Below are positions 48,052 to 62,260 of a stretch of DNA of 64,000 nt, piece after piece. The notes under the pieces were generated by a model. That model saw only the letters and a program-made list of their open reading frames with translations. It had not been told where the DNA came from and made no database searches. The DNA is from Azolla caroliniana (Eukaryota > Plantae > Polypodiophyta): positions 6,820,001-6,884,000 of the forward strand of contig JBHGNT010000001.1 of NCBI GenBank assembly GCA_043228905.1. Direction: 5' to 3'. The position numbers and the translations under genes were made by a program. Position 1 is the stretch's first letter; each line of letters opens with the position of its first letter.

Positions 48052-51000
48052 AGTTCAAATAAAAAATAGAGTTTAGTAATTATACAATAAATAAAAGAGC
48101 AACAAGATCACAAAGTTTATGGGATAGAAAATCCTTGTTTGTTTACGTGTGTTTTCAAAATGTATTGTTCTAAGTGCACATATGTAAGTGTGTAGTACAT
48201 AGTTTGTTTTGAGTGCCATTATGCATGCCATATATTGAGGTTGTGTAATTGCATCATATCATTCAATGGAATCTATACTCAATGTGATTATCCTAGAGAA
48301 AAAATAAGTGAGTCGCTTTACATTGTTGTATATTGAAGAAAGGTTCTAAATTTGCATCATGAGTCCACATAAACCCAAACATGTATGGTTTCAAAGAAAA
48401 AACTAAGGCATTTAATTATAAAAAGTTTAAAGGATCTGAATACCATTGAGGGAGCATGCTTACACATGGATAAGGCACATAGGCATGGTGCTTCATTGAT
48501 CTTGAGATAATTTGCATACTCATTTCTCGAAAGACTAATCCTGTGAATGAAACCCCTCAATCATGTTGACCCATTGTGAATGAAACCCCATGATTTGCCT
48601 AATCTTGATTTTACTGCAAGGAAACTCCCTTACACCCAAATCATATAGAATAAACTCCATGCATGGAGTATGTAAGAATACTTGACAAAGTTGAGCAAAA
48701 ATCTAGATTGCCACCGCCAGTTTCCATGCAATGCAAAACATATGCAAATATGGTTCAACACTAGCATTTTTATTAATATAGAAGGAATGTATTTTATTAG
48801 AAGGTTGGTCAACTTGGTTGTTTTGTATTTCCAACAACCACAATGATATAACATTGCTCTTGGGTCAACATGATCAATCTTACCTTCTCAAATTAGGATT
48901 GTGTTCAAGTTCATTTATTGAGAAAGCAAAAATAAGTTGTAAGATATGCATTCTTCTCATCTTTTGGCCCATACAATCCTATTGAGAGACACCAATATCC
49001 TTCTTTTTCACAAATTCTCAAACAAGTTCCTCATATGGGTTTGGGCGTTCATAATAGGATTTACCAAACTCTAGTAATGAATTGTCATCGACAATCCTAC
49101 CAATTATGAAGGATCCTTGGCTAGCCATTGTCTTACACAAGATGGGTTGGGAAGATTTGTCGCTTCCTTTCCATCTATTTTGTATTTTGTATCCGATATG
49201 CCTTTTTGAAACTAATGGAAGCCTATGTTGTTTGGGGGAAAAAATCCTACCAATTATGGCATGGTAAAGAGTTCTTGATAAAAGTCTGTCGTTGTCTTCG
49301 AAGTGTTCTTCAAGGGTTGTAGTTCTTTCACAAGAATGAATCCCATAAATTTGAGGAGTGTTGGAGGAGCTATTGTCGTAAATGCTCTTTATGTCATTTT
49401 GAATGAGAGGTTTTTGTTGTTTGTGTGTCCTTGGGCCACTTTATTATACATGATGTGAATAAACTCTGCTGATTACCTTGGTATCTCATGAGAGCAAGAT
49501 TCTAACTATGACTACTAGGCTCAAAATGGAGGTTCTTGATGATTTTCAAGGTGCAAGCATTGTTTGTAATCTACTTAATTAAATATTCCTCAACATTGTT
49601 CATGGCTTAGTGGACGCACTTGGCACTTACACGTGCATTTTTTAAATTTGGTTGCTCTTTCATGCAAACACACAATAAATGTTCTAACATGAAGAATTTC
49701 CTTTGTGCATCCATCAAGATGTGAGCTTATTTCATGCTTTTATTTCTCCACACTAAATGCATTCATATATTGTTGGTGTTGTCCAAGCAGGGAAAGGACC
49801 CTGTGAACTTTACATTTATTGTAGAACTTGTATGTAAAGTAACTGGAAGACCCTATGGGCATGCATGTTTTTCTGGCTGAAGGTAGGACATTAATATTGT
49901 TTGAAATGCGCATCACTTGTGTTCACATTTGCAAATATAGCTTCGTCTACCTCATTGAGGTCTCCTTCGATATAATTTGAAATCCCATCATTGTTAGAAA
50001 TCATTACCATCCTAGCTCGTTATAATTGTCATGGTCATCACTTGAATCATTGCTTTAGAGCACAACCCACTCTAAAAAGTTAATGGTGTCATTATTTATA
50101 CAAGATTAAGTACACATGTATTTGATCTTGTTATTTTTTGAATATTCGTTTCACTTGTGACGAAGTTGTGTGCCATATAACCACCACATACGATCATTTT
50201 AAGCTCTTATGGGTGGGTGTCCATGTGCATACTCTCTAGAAATAATAGCCTAGAATAACATTATTTTAAGACAACTTAATCCCCTCTCAATCATTCATAC
50301 AAATATTGAATTCGAACATGTATTATCACTTGTTTACGAGATTCCTCAAAAATATTTCATAATGTCATTTCATGAATTTTACACGTCTAAACTTTGCTAA
50401 GATACGTCTTTCACCTTCCACCCAATCTGTTCTTAATATCCTTACCCGAAGAAGATTAATTTGTATAAGTGTAGTTCTTGTATATACACATAAAATCGGC
50501 TATGATGTGAGCACAATGGAGTTGGTTGGTATACTCCTTTATCCAACACAACTTTCGTATTTTTTGTGATTTTATAATACCAAGGCATCTCTTTTCAAAA
50601 AAAAGAAAAAAGAAAAAAGAAAAAAGAGAGAGAAGATTAATTTGTTTGAACCTCTAGTTAGTAAACATATTATATATGTTAAGGAGACATCTAGTACTCA
50701 AGGTTTTTGTTTCCCCAATATATCATGAATGCATTACATTTGTTGATTGATGTCTTACCAACATTTGCACATGAAAACAACATAGGTATGGTTTGATCTA
50801 CAATGTTCCATCCACATTTGTATGGTTAAATTACGGTTGAACACTGATAAGTTGTTATGTTTCAAACCTGGGTTTTTTTAGATTTCTCTTAAGCATGTCA
50901 TAAACCAAGTACCTCATGTATATATTTAGGGCATATTAACCAAACGATTCTTCAATAGAACTACAGTTCCATGCTCATATTCAAATCATTACATATGATG

Positions 51001-51139
51001 TTCAAGAGCCACCTTACAAGTACCCAATATCTCAAGGCGGAGAAGCTTATAAACCATCCATGCATAATAGTGCTCTATAGTTAGCACAATGTTGTTCATA
51101 AACTCAACACAACTTGGCCCTTTTAAGTGGTTATATTTA

Positions 51140-51625
51140 TGCATAATCAATGGCTCACGCCAAGAGTCTCAAACCAAATTGTTTAAAAATTTTAAACCTC
51201 AACCAGACTTGAAACTAGTTCATATCAAACAATTTAAGTAACACTCAAAATTAAATCAAACAATTTCGGTGATCCTTGAACCTAAAATATTCCAATCTGA
51301 ACCTTTAAGTTGTTAAGGCTCAAATGAAACATTCTAAATCACTACTTATAACTTATAAATTAAACACTATATATTAATTCAGTAGTGTATATAAACCCTT
51401 GCGTATTTGAAACAAAACAATGCTTCAAAACTAATAAATGGCAACAATAATTTGAAATTGAACCGAACCGAAATGTTATACCCCCAAGGCAAACCAAATC
51501 AAAACTAAAGAGTTTTCCAATCTCTTAACATAAATCAACCAAAATGAATCGAAGAATTAACTTAAGTTTTGCTTTTGTGGTTGAGCATCGACACAATTTG
51601 AACCATTAGCAACTACTATTAATCC
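51140..51625. mobile_element. Possible old, decayed relative of the AACCG-rich hAT MITE family
   Basis: caatggctcacgccaagagtctcaaaccaaattgtttaaaaattttaaacctcaacc aligns by eye to the left end of copy 1 with CpG decay; an internal gaaccgaaccg is present. No clean TIR or TSD. Confidence 0.4.
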
Positions 51626-51972
51626 AAGTAAATGTGACCACGGTGGGCCTCTATATCTTCTCTCATAGATTTGTTGAGCCACCTACTGACCATTTTAATG
51701 TTTCCATTTTCATCTATATTCAATTGATAACATAACATGGTTCATGAAATGCCATCTTGGACTCGAATCTCATAGATTTTTTTTGTGATTATGTAATGAC
51801 CCAAAATTAGAAAAGACAGCCTAACGCATTATAGAGCCAAATTCGTTTCCTTCCAATTAATCCTACTTCAAAATTTTGAAAGTACGTTTATATTCGCTTG
51901 TTAATTTTTCGCACGTCTTGGTCTAAGCATCACAAATTTAAATAAATTTATAAAAAAATTAGTGGATATCAT

Positions 51973-52012
51973 GACGAGATGGCCGAGTTGGTCTAAGGCG
52001 CCAGATTAAGGT

Positions 52013-52045
<33 letters not shown>

Positions 52046-52053
52046 TCTCGTCA
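51973..52053 (+). tRNA. tRNA-Leu(AAG)
   Basis: 81-nt sequence identical to the copy at 12531-12611, followed by T-runs near 52075-52098 (Pol III terminator). Confidence 0.97.
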
Positions 52054-54094
52054 AAGAGATCCTATGAATTGTTCTTTTTCTTTTTCAATTCTTTTTTTAT
52101 ATGCCCTTAAAGAAAAAAGCATTCTCCTAGTGTGTCCAAATGGATGCTCCTTACAACCCCACCACTCTCGTCGACTTCTCCCTTCTTGCTTTTGTGCTTT
52201 TTTATTTGTAATTTCATCCACTACAACTCCTATCCTCCTACGCCTCATGTTGCATATTTGAACGAAAACAATTGCTTTAATTCCATGTACTTTACCTTGC
52301 CTTCTAGTGTTTCTTTTAAATATGAGAACTCTTGTATGCAATCCATGATCATGTCGATGGTAACTTCAACCATAGCTCTAGCCATATTTCCCATTCGTGC
52401 CATAGTCATACATGAATGTTCGTATCATACAGTATACTCATACGTGAAATGGCTGCAAGTATGACTGAAATCCATTCGTACAAAAAAGACTATCTAATAG
52501 TAGTATCTTAGTATCTAGGGAAACAAAGCCAATGTAATTATGAAGAAAATGTATATAGTTCACATTGCACACATATGCCATTCTCAAAGTTTTTTTTCTC
52601 TACATTACAAAAAGAAAATTAAATGCTTATAATGTCACAACCGGCAAGCACCCATTAGAGCTCATTCTTAGGAAAAAGCAATATATATATATAAGGGTGA
52701 GGATGGAGGGCATCCAGTGGAGGTCATGCACCCTGTTCATTTCGTCCTTCTCAGACGTCAGTTTCTCACTCCTCAAACTTCAGTTCATGACGTGCGTATT
52801 ATACAAAAATTAGAAAAGAAACCCCAAACGGAAAAAAGGGGAATGAATATTGCATATCATATGTGAACGTATGCAAATGATCACATACATCTACCTTGTA
52901 TGTGAATATTAGGAACTAGGCCTTCAACGAGAACCACCTTTAAGTAGAGCACTCTAGGTACAAATGATGTCCAACATAAAAATGATTATGAGAATTCATG
53001 GTTGCAAATTGTTAGAATGTAAAAGATGGCATTGGTGTGTAAACAATTCGTTGTGAAAGTTACATATTTGTATATATATTGAAATGGTATATGGTTGTAA
53101 CTTGTACTCATAATTTTAAAGATCGTTTCTAACCGCCAAATTCCATGGTTTAAACTTTAATGGTAGGATAAGTGGGAAACCAATTTATTCTAGGATGTGT
53201 GTGTGATGAAACCATAAAGATCGATAATACATGGGAACATGTGGTGGTATTGGAGCCTTGGGAGTCATGCTATATAAAGGGGACAAACTCAACAATGTAT
53301 ACCATTCAATAATATTTAGTGGTAGACATTGTTGATAGTATTTTATATTTGATCTCGTCTTTGGCACGAGGGTAGCCGAGTGTGGTTAAGCAAGTTTAAA
53401 CTATTCTTTTTTAAATCTTAATCTTGATTGCTTATCATTAGTGTTTGAGTCATAATATTTAGTAGCATTTATTTTCTTGACTTGTTCTACCCTTTAACAG
53501 AAGATTTTGTTTTTGAGAATTGCCCCTAAGGTATAAGTCTATAATATATATTGACAAAAATCCCTAAATATATATATATAGATAGAATAATGTCCATCTT
53601 ACCCAAACTCAATAAAAAATCCCTAGATATATATATATAGTATAATGTCCATCTTTCTTTACTCAAATTTTGTACATAGCTTTACAATTACTTGTCCATA
53701 CTTTCATCAATATTGTATTTTGCATTAACCCATCTATCTTTATTGTTTGCATGTATGAGAACATCTCTATCAACATAATTACACACTAAATTGCAAATTA
53801 GAATATGTTGTTGTCAGGTGTTGAGCATCAAACCATGAAGTGGACATATATTAAAGAGATGTTAATACAATTCCTTAGAGATGTTAGTACATTGGCATCT
53901 TTCAAGACATTAGTATACTTTTTCTAGAGAAAGAGAGAGTGATAAATAGACTTCATTATCGCATGGGAGGTCAAATATGATGACCTATGGGGACCGAAAG
54001 TGAAAGATTTCCATGTAGCATGTGCGGAGTTTAGTAGTGACTCTCGATGATCAACTCATTGAACATTATAATGGAGAGAGACATTGATAACAAA

Positions 54095-54190
54095 CTATGA
54101 ACTACCCACTCGTCTTCAGATCTATCAAATCTATGCACTACCCACTCGTCGTCATATCTATCAAATCTATGAACTACCCACTCATCTTCA
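54095..54190. repeat. 36-bp x about 2.7 minisatellite
   Basis: ctatgaactacccactcgtcttcagatctatcaaat-type units at 54095, 54131 and 54167. Confidence 0.9.
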
Positions 54191-57100
54191 AATGTATTTC
54201 TACATGTCAAATAAGAATTTGTAGGGGATATGGGTCTAACAATTAGCTTGTTTAAATCTACCAATTTCCATGATACATTTCATGACTTACATTGTCAAGC
54301 TAATGTCATATCTCAAGAAATAAAATTAATAAAGTGCATTGTGCCGCTACAAAATAGACATTAGATGAAGCCATTGTATGAATGTAATGAAATTAAAAGT
54401 TATTATTATTATTGCATGCCCAATTATGGCCTAGCGGCATGACCAACAAAAGAAAGATAAAACATATATTGTCAATACGAACACACACATATATGTTGAT
54501 ATGTATGCCCATGGATGGGACTCATATGGTCACGTTGCTCTCTTTTTTACCCTGATCGGGTGCGAAGAAACACAATGTAGTGAAGTGGAGATTGGGTCGA
54601 ATCGAACCAAAGATGATGGTATGATGGGGCCAACGTGTATGCATATGTATGGGTAAGTGTCACAAGGTCTTGAACCTTGGATCATAAGAATCCAACCCCC
54701 CCACATCCCTGTCTCCAAAACCCAAGGAAAAAACGTTGGGAATAATATGCTGCAAAAATTTCCCTCCCAGCCAAACATATGTATTTATTACTACAATAAA
54801 TAAATTAAATATTTAATGTGCATTTTGCTCCTCCTCCTCTTCTTCTTCTTCTCCTTCAATGCAAGAAAATAAAATGTCAGAAATGTTCAAAAAACAAAAG
54901 GAATTAGGCTTCTTTGGATTCCATTGGGTTTTGAATTAAAATAAAAAACAATTGTCTGATGGAAATAATAATGAGAATTAAATACTTAGAAAATCAAGAC
55001 AGGGAGAAGGGTGATTTCACATGGAAGCCCAAGGAAGATAAAGCCATGTATTAATGTTTCTTGGCTCCATGTGTTTCTTCTTTTGTCCGATGTTTCTCAT
55101 CAACCAATGTGTGGCTACTACAACATTATTGCCGAGTGTTTTGTGTTGTCACACCCCCCCCCCTTCGGAAACGAGTTGGCAATCTGAGTCTTCTACTTGA
55201 ATCGGCACCATGCATGCTCACAAAAGAGACCAAAGATCGAAACTCTCCAGTAACACACTCGGGTATGGGTATTCAATACGATGTTTTGTCGAAGCCAAGC
55301 AATATATTTGGTTCTCGATATTTGACATTGATGTAATTTCATTACATGATTCAAGAAAGTCAAGTCCATGTTAGAGTTTGCGTTGCGCGAATAACTATGC
55401 CTTCTTGCATCTACATGCTAGCTAAACAATATATGTTTCTTGGTTAAAGATTTTCCTCAAGGAAAAAAACCATGTTAAAAGATGTAAGACCCACACAATG
55501 TAAATATTAAAGAGGTTTTGTACTCGTTATAAGGATTCAACACATTATATTTTACACCCTCCAAATTATTCTATTTTACACCTTCAAAAATATCGAAATG
55601 AATGGAACTAGACTCAAGCCAACACATTCCTCAGCCCACATAGTGAGATGTTTTTACCTACAAATGGTAGTAAATATGTCAGTATCACATCTAAAATTTG
55701 GAAGAAGTTGGGAATTGCGTGACTTATCCTACCATATCTCTGTTGACTTGACGCATTCACACAAGTTGGTATGAAATTTAAGGTCGAGTAAAGTTAGTCA
55801 TGACCCACTTTAAACATATGTATGTATTGATTGAGCATTTGGGTGCCAAGTTCCAATCTCAATAAACACTTCATCAGTTGGATATCCACATCCCATTCTA
55901 GTAACTTCCCTGGCACTTTTGGGTAATCTTCTAGTAGCTTCCCATGCCCCTAAATTCTAGTCAATTGAACAGGCTTTGCGTATACACAAAATCCTAAGGA
56001 ACGGTTGTTATAAGTATTCTCAAATACCCAAGTAACTTGTGTCACTCAAAACTTGGGGATTAACATTTCTACCCTATAGCATTTTATGTAAATTCGATTA
56101 TTCACAATTTATGGTCCCAAATGTGTCTTTGATTTGATGTTATTTTGTTGCCATGTACTTTTGACACTCCTTTTGACAATTCCATTGATAGTTGAAATTA
56201 ATCAATAGGTACAATATCAAAATTGCAGTAAATAGAGGTCAATCATAGTACCCGACAAGCACTACTTGTTATTTATTCAAACTGCATACCATTGAGGGCT
56301 ATGCATTACAATGCTAAAGAATTTGATTTGTATTGATCATTTCCCATATTTCTCTCATGCCAATCATGGTTTCCGATTACCATGGGCCACTTGGTATTTA
56401 TTTCTTTTATTGACACAATCTCACAAATAAAAGAATGATCATAGCTTCACAAAGGGCATTCATAAAGCATTTCAAAACAAGTGTGCAAATGGTATACGAA
56501 TACCCAAGGAAGAACACTGAATAACAAAAACTACTCTACATTATGCACACAAACGACTTGATGAGCTCAACGAGGAGAAATCCTCTAGAAACTTACGCTA
56601 CAAAAGTATGGAGAAGTAGCTCTTTACATCTGGAAGTTCGTAAGACAAAGAAGAGATCTATTAGGGTCCTCGCGGATTTCCCAATAACTACTCTGTTGTA
56701 ATTCCTATATATCAAGGCTTGGTTATAGGAGAACTACACACTTGTGAAACTTCATTGTCACGTGATAATAACTGTTAATAAGACTAGGCATCTCAACTCC
56801 AATACAAAAATCACCAATTTCATGAAACATAAGAAAACATAAAACAAGAGAATGTCTAGAATGAGGAAGATGTTCAATACCATGCTGGTATGTATACCCC
56901 TCATTAGATGTTGGATCTATGCATCTCAATTTCAATGCATTGACTAGGGTTTGATTCGCTTAGGATGCATAAAGTCGAACATTGTTAGGAAATTGTCAAA
57001 ATTTCTAAAACATGGTCAACCAATGGTAGACCAATAATTGAAGAAGTTGGTTATACTCCGAGCAAGATTTACTAAAAAATTTATGTTGTGATATGGTTAA

Positions 57101-58456
57101 ATCATAATGTTGCACAATTTAATTATGAATATGTTGCCTCGTGCAAATTGTGCATGCAATGTTGTGTATGGGGCATGTTTAACATCCACAATGTATGAAA
57201 CGAGGCATATTCAATTTCACTACGAGTGTGATGTAGTATGTCTGGTGGAGGACAAGCATTATGCAAACATGGTTATCTTAATCCATATGCATGGGACAAC
57301 CATGTATGATATTTTTGGTTTATGGGGCAACATTTTGACCGAGTGATATTGTTTATACACGATCATCATGCATATGTTTTATTGAAATAAGGTGTTTTCG
57401 TAATCAAAATTTTGTAATTGAGTCATCTGGCCCACAACATATTGATTATTTGAACACTAAATGCCTATTCATTTTACCTTTAAAAAAATGATCAAGGATA
57501 AACCATGTCTAGTTTATGAGGCTTCAACGAGATGCCACATTGCCATATTCACCAAGTGATTGCAAAGAGTTCTTCATGCGGGTTGGCATTGCAACTTGAG
57601 ATTTAGAGGAAGATCTTTGTTTGGAGTATCATATTTGTTTGGAACAATAAACACTTGGTATTGTAATTCCCATTTGTAAAGGCTAAGTTATAAAAAAATT
57701 GGACTTTACTATTGCAATGCAAACCACCAAACCAACGACTATACCGTGCTTCACTCTTCAAGTTCCGTGGATACCTAGTCTTTCATAGGACTCTACATTT
57801 TTTTCTATGATGATTGAAATGAATGCACACTTCTTTGGGTATTTGAACTCAAACATCCCCGAAAGAGTGAATTATTTGACAAAAACAATTCCTTCGAGCA
57901 TCCAATTACGATAAGGAATGTGTTCACAATGATTGTGATGCATTTTTAAGCACTAGAGACTGCATTGGGAGGGCATTCAAAATACAAACGCAAGGGGAAA
58001 AGTCATATTCCTCACAAAGAAGAGTATTCAATTTTCTCCTTTTTTTCATAGGTTCTTCTCTCTACGAAATTATGTACCAACATACATGTAGGGCTGCCCC
58101 TAATGCCGAGGAGGCCGTAAGAAGTGTGTGATTGGGTTCAGTTAGGAGGACATCTTACACCGTCCGTTGTGGGATCAAAGATGAATTATATGCTTGCACG
58201 CATACATCGGACTCGTTAAAACACTCGAGTTTCCCCCAACGAGAAGATGAGTAAGGGTCTCATTCCTCTCCAAACCAAAAAGAGATGTGACGTGATACCT
58301 CCCCCGCCCCGCCCCCAACCCCCACCCCTCTTTCTCCTTGACGCACCACTCGTGATTCATGACACCCGATTCATGACTCCCGACTAACTAACGAGCATAG
58401 AGTGTGCCGAATGAAGTACATATATGGAGAAGTGAGCTAGGAGCCTAGGAGGTGTG

Positions 58457-58493
<37 letters not shown>

Positions 58494-58784
58494 TGCCTTG
58501 TCTCTGTCTCTATGTCTCAACTATATTGACAAATAAATGAAGAATATATATTTATATAATAATATATATATGTATATACATATTGACATATACATCATAC
58601 ATACATACATACATACATATATATATATACATACATGAGACACATGAACACTCAAAATTTCCCACTATCAGTATCCATTCAAAATTTTGTTCTGTTTCCT
58701 CCTCTTGAGCTGCCATCTCTCCCAATCCCTTTCCCCATTCATTCCTTCTTCCCTGCAATCCAACACCCACCACATTTCCTCAGC

Positions 58785-59336
58785 ATGTGGCCTGGCTATG
58801 GCCCACAGTTCAAAGAAGACGAAACCGACCAAACCCTTGACGAAGCCGGGCCCTTGCCTTCCGCCATGGGCTATAAGAAACTCGAGAGAGCTGCCTCCTG
58901 GCTCTGTTCTAGCCTCTCTTCTGCTTTCTTCACTACGTTGGATTTGTGTGCTTGCATTAAGCTTCAAACAGAAGACATTTCTTCAGAAAATGTTGTGCTT
59001 CGAAGAAGACGAAGAAGATCGTCACCATCATCATCAAACTGCGGCAATTGTCCATCGAATCCTGACAAGTTCAAACCAAGCTCCAACAAGTTTCCGTCAA
59101 ATTCAATGGCTTTTGGCTCAAGTCCCTCTTTCGATGCTTCCAGACCTCTTCTGATGTCTCAAAACGTGATTTTCCAAGTGACCAGGAAGAGAACTAGACC
59201 TTCTTCATCATCATCTTTTTCTCTTTCTTTTGTTAACTCCAACTCCAACTCCAACTCCAACTCTAACCCTAATCCCAACCCTAAAAGGTTTAGGTTCTTT
59301 GGAACTCATGAGTATCACAGACATACTTCCTCATGA
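58785..59336 (+). CDS. Small uncharacterised plant protein with a conserved 'SW..S..SAFF..L..C.CI.L.T.D ... RPLLM' motif
   Basis: Lies within ORF 58635..59336. LERAASWLCSSLSSAFFTTLDLCACIKLQTED and DASRPLLM resemble a recalled land-plant family (SAFFASLERCSCINLST...DRPLML). The start codon is uncertain (58635, 58785 or 58866). There is a CpG- and GC-box-rich upstream region at 58280-58400. Confidence 0.7.
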   Translation: MWPGYGPQFKEDETDQTLDEAGPLPSAMGYKKLERAASWLCSSLSSAFFTTLDLCACIKLQTEDISSENVVLRRRRRRSSPSSSNCGNCPSNPDKFKPSSNKFPSNSMAFGSSPSFDASRPLLMSQNVIFQVTRKRTRPSSSSSFSLSFVNSNSNSNSNSNPNPNPKRFRFFGTHEYHRHTSS

Positions 59337-62029
59337 TTCTTATGCAATGAAAGTGCCTTTTGCTTTTTGGTATATAATATGAACACTTTTGTTGTTGTCA
59401 TTCTTCTTCTTCTTCTCTACTCCTCTAATGTGTTTCGAAAGTTCTTTTGCTCTCTCCTTTTCTGCTTTTTTTTTATAGCTTTCTTCACATTATGCTATGT
59501 TCTTTGACAGAAGGATACATTGAAAGGCAATCTGTGTATCTCTCTCCAATTTTGTGAACTGTGAATTGTGAATAGGGGTTCTGACAGAACATACATTCTC
59601 CATTGTATTCTTATGGGGGAAGAGAGCAAAAGCCTCAATTCTTAATTGTCTCTAATCCTGTTATGTCTTTTTCTTGTATGTATATGTGGACAGTGGGATC
59701 ATTCATTCAATGGATTTTGGTTGTATAGCTTTTTTTGTTCTTCTACCCAAGATCCTACATGTCCAAATTGAAGTGAATTGATTCCAATTTGATAAGCCTT
59801 TAATTTGCCTGATGTTCCAACTACATCAGAACAATGTGGGACATTCATATGATTGGTCGATTCGTGGTTGAGACACTTGTTGGGTTAATGAATTGCGTAC
59901 TACTCAATGTTTCGCATGGGTGGTTTGTGATGTGTTACATATAATGTGCCCAAGGGACATTGCTTCTTACCTTAATCTAAACCCTACACCTCTCTCTCTC
60001 TCTCTCTCTCATATCGAAAGATTTGGCCTCTAAGACAATAGTTCGAAATCGATAATACACAAGGACATGGCCGTTTGCTTGCTTTCTTAAGCAAATATTG
60101 TCAATCTTTGATGCCTTTATGTGTTGTAGTCTTGTATATATACAAGAAAATATAATCAAGCATTAATTAGAAACTTGAGTCCCACCACTTGCGTGCTTAT
60201 AGCAATGTTTGTTGCATGAACATCTTGCTAGAAAGTAAAATATGGGCAGTCTTAGCTTTGAATCATCATCTTAAATGTAACATCTATTGGAATTCATATA
60301 GATATATATAACAATATCGTATGTGATTGAACAAAATGTTCTGACACATCTAGGGATTCTAGGCTATATGAGTTTTTTTTTGGATGGGCCAATTTTTGCA
60401 CATCAATCCCAATATGTATTTCTTCTTGATGTATGTATGTGAAGAATGTCCATGTCAATCTTTAACACCCATTTACCACATGAATCCACGAGTATGCAAC
60501 TACCATTACTAACAAATTCATTGGATGTAAAGCTGGCATTTTAGATCCTTGAGCACCAATAATAATAATAATTCGTTAATGTGATTTGTATAAGAACAAC
60601 TATCAAATGGAAATACAAGAGAATCCATTAAATTTGATCGAAAAGAAAAAAGGGTAAAGTTCGTTATTCTAATGACATTCGTGAGTTGCACAAGATACCA
60701 TGTACCTTTGGGAGCAACAATGAACACAAATTTGCTACTTTCACATAGAAAGAGATTGGAATTGACTATCAATACTTTTTTGTTATTGTTAGTTTGAACT
60801 CTGGACTTTCTATGTATACATATTTCTAGTGAATTAAGACATTGTCGCTAGTCTTCCCAAACTTGTTTACCCATTCCCATAAATTTATATCATGGGTTAA
60901 ATTTCCTTCTTAGTACTTGTATTTCATATTGCATGAGTTAGAGAATAACCTTGCTCAAGATTTGGCTTCAATGAATTCAGTTTCTTTAATACAATAACAT
61001 TGCAAAAAGAAGAACTTGAAGAGAGCAAGATCAGTTCAAAACTAAAGTCTCAAGCCTCAAAATACACCATGCAACTTCCTCATTCCCTTATTTGTGTTAG
61101 TCCCTCCCCAAAGGACATGTTCAGTTAACCAAACCTCTACGATAGTGAAATATCATGTACATTTAGTAATCCATGCACTTGGGTTAAAATCTCTTGTAAT
61201 TGCGTAAAGATGATACTTGCGAATTGTACAGATAGAATATGTTAAATTCTATAAGCAATTTGATCGGTTGAGCTCTTCATGTCACTCACATTCTTTCATG
61301 TGACACAACTTTCTTTCTTTTTCATGATGGGTGCCAAGAAAGGAATTGATAAGAGCTTCCACACATGATCCCATGGACATTTTTTTAGACTTTCTTATGA
61401 AATCACATTGATGTCTAGGTGGTTGTATTCTCTTATAAATACTTAACAAATGAATTTGTAAAAGTTATCCTCTCATTTACATGGTGGACATTGTGGGAAA
61501 TTTGTTCTTATGGGTGTAGATTGATTCTAGACAAAATGAAGAAAACAATACTCGTTTTTAATCTTTTGGATGAATACCTATAGTAGGCAAAATTATACTT
61601 TTGTAATAATCCATATATAGTCATAACTATTAAAATAAGATCTCACCCTATTGTGAAATGCACATTATAATGGATATGCCTATTATCCAAGGGTCGATGT
61701 ATATACATGTTATGTTTTTGGGTTGTGGGTATAAATCCAAAGTTTTCCTCAATATTTGGTCAGAGTTTTTTTCAGAGTGGTAAAGTTGTAAAGTCTTGTG
61801 TAAAAAAATTAGCTCATTAAATAGATCATGCATCTATGTATCAATGGGTAAAAACATGAGGGAATATAATACAACATTGAAGAGGGCTATAAAGAGTCAA
61901 TCCATTAAGAATAGAGGGATAGAAGAAAGCATTGTTGTGGTTGTGAGTATCATCTACTTGGCTTCAAGTAAGTCATGCAGTCAACTAAGTGGCTAGATCC
62001 AAGGAGAGTTTGGCCCTTCTGCCTAGAAA

Positions 62030-62260
62030 ATAAATCTACCAGTACACTAGGGAATGGGGAGGATTCAAGAACTCACCACTTATTGGTATGGAATGGCTTA
62101 TACCGAGTCCCTTGATGACATAGTATTATTAGATTCTCGTGCCTCATCTTGTTTTGAGGAATGATTCCTTATATCTAACAGGCGAGGAAGGTGAAAATAC
62201 CATGGCACATATGAAAGACCAAAAATTGACTATTGATATACTAATGGACAGAAGAAATAA
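62030..62260 (+). mobile_element. Highly decayed Ty3/gypsy-like protease remnant
   Basis: gtattattagattctcgtgcctcatcttgttttgaggaatga translates as VLLDSRASSCFEE*, resembling the retroelement aspartic protease motif LLDSGAS.CF. No intact ORF. Confidence 0.35.

Noticed and set aside
53363-53400. tRNA A-box-like ggtagccgagtgtggttaag (similar words near 23505 and 41670)
   Set aside because: No B-box or cloverleaf follows; at most SINE or tRNA debris.
54031-54264. ORF with EDEWVVHRFDR repeats
   Set aside because: A by-product of the 36-bp minisatellite, with no other coding evidence.
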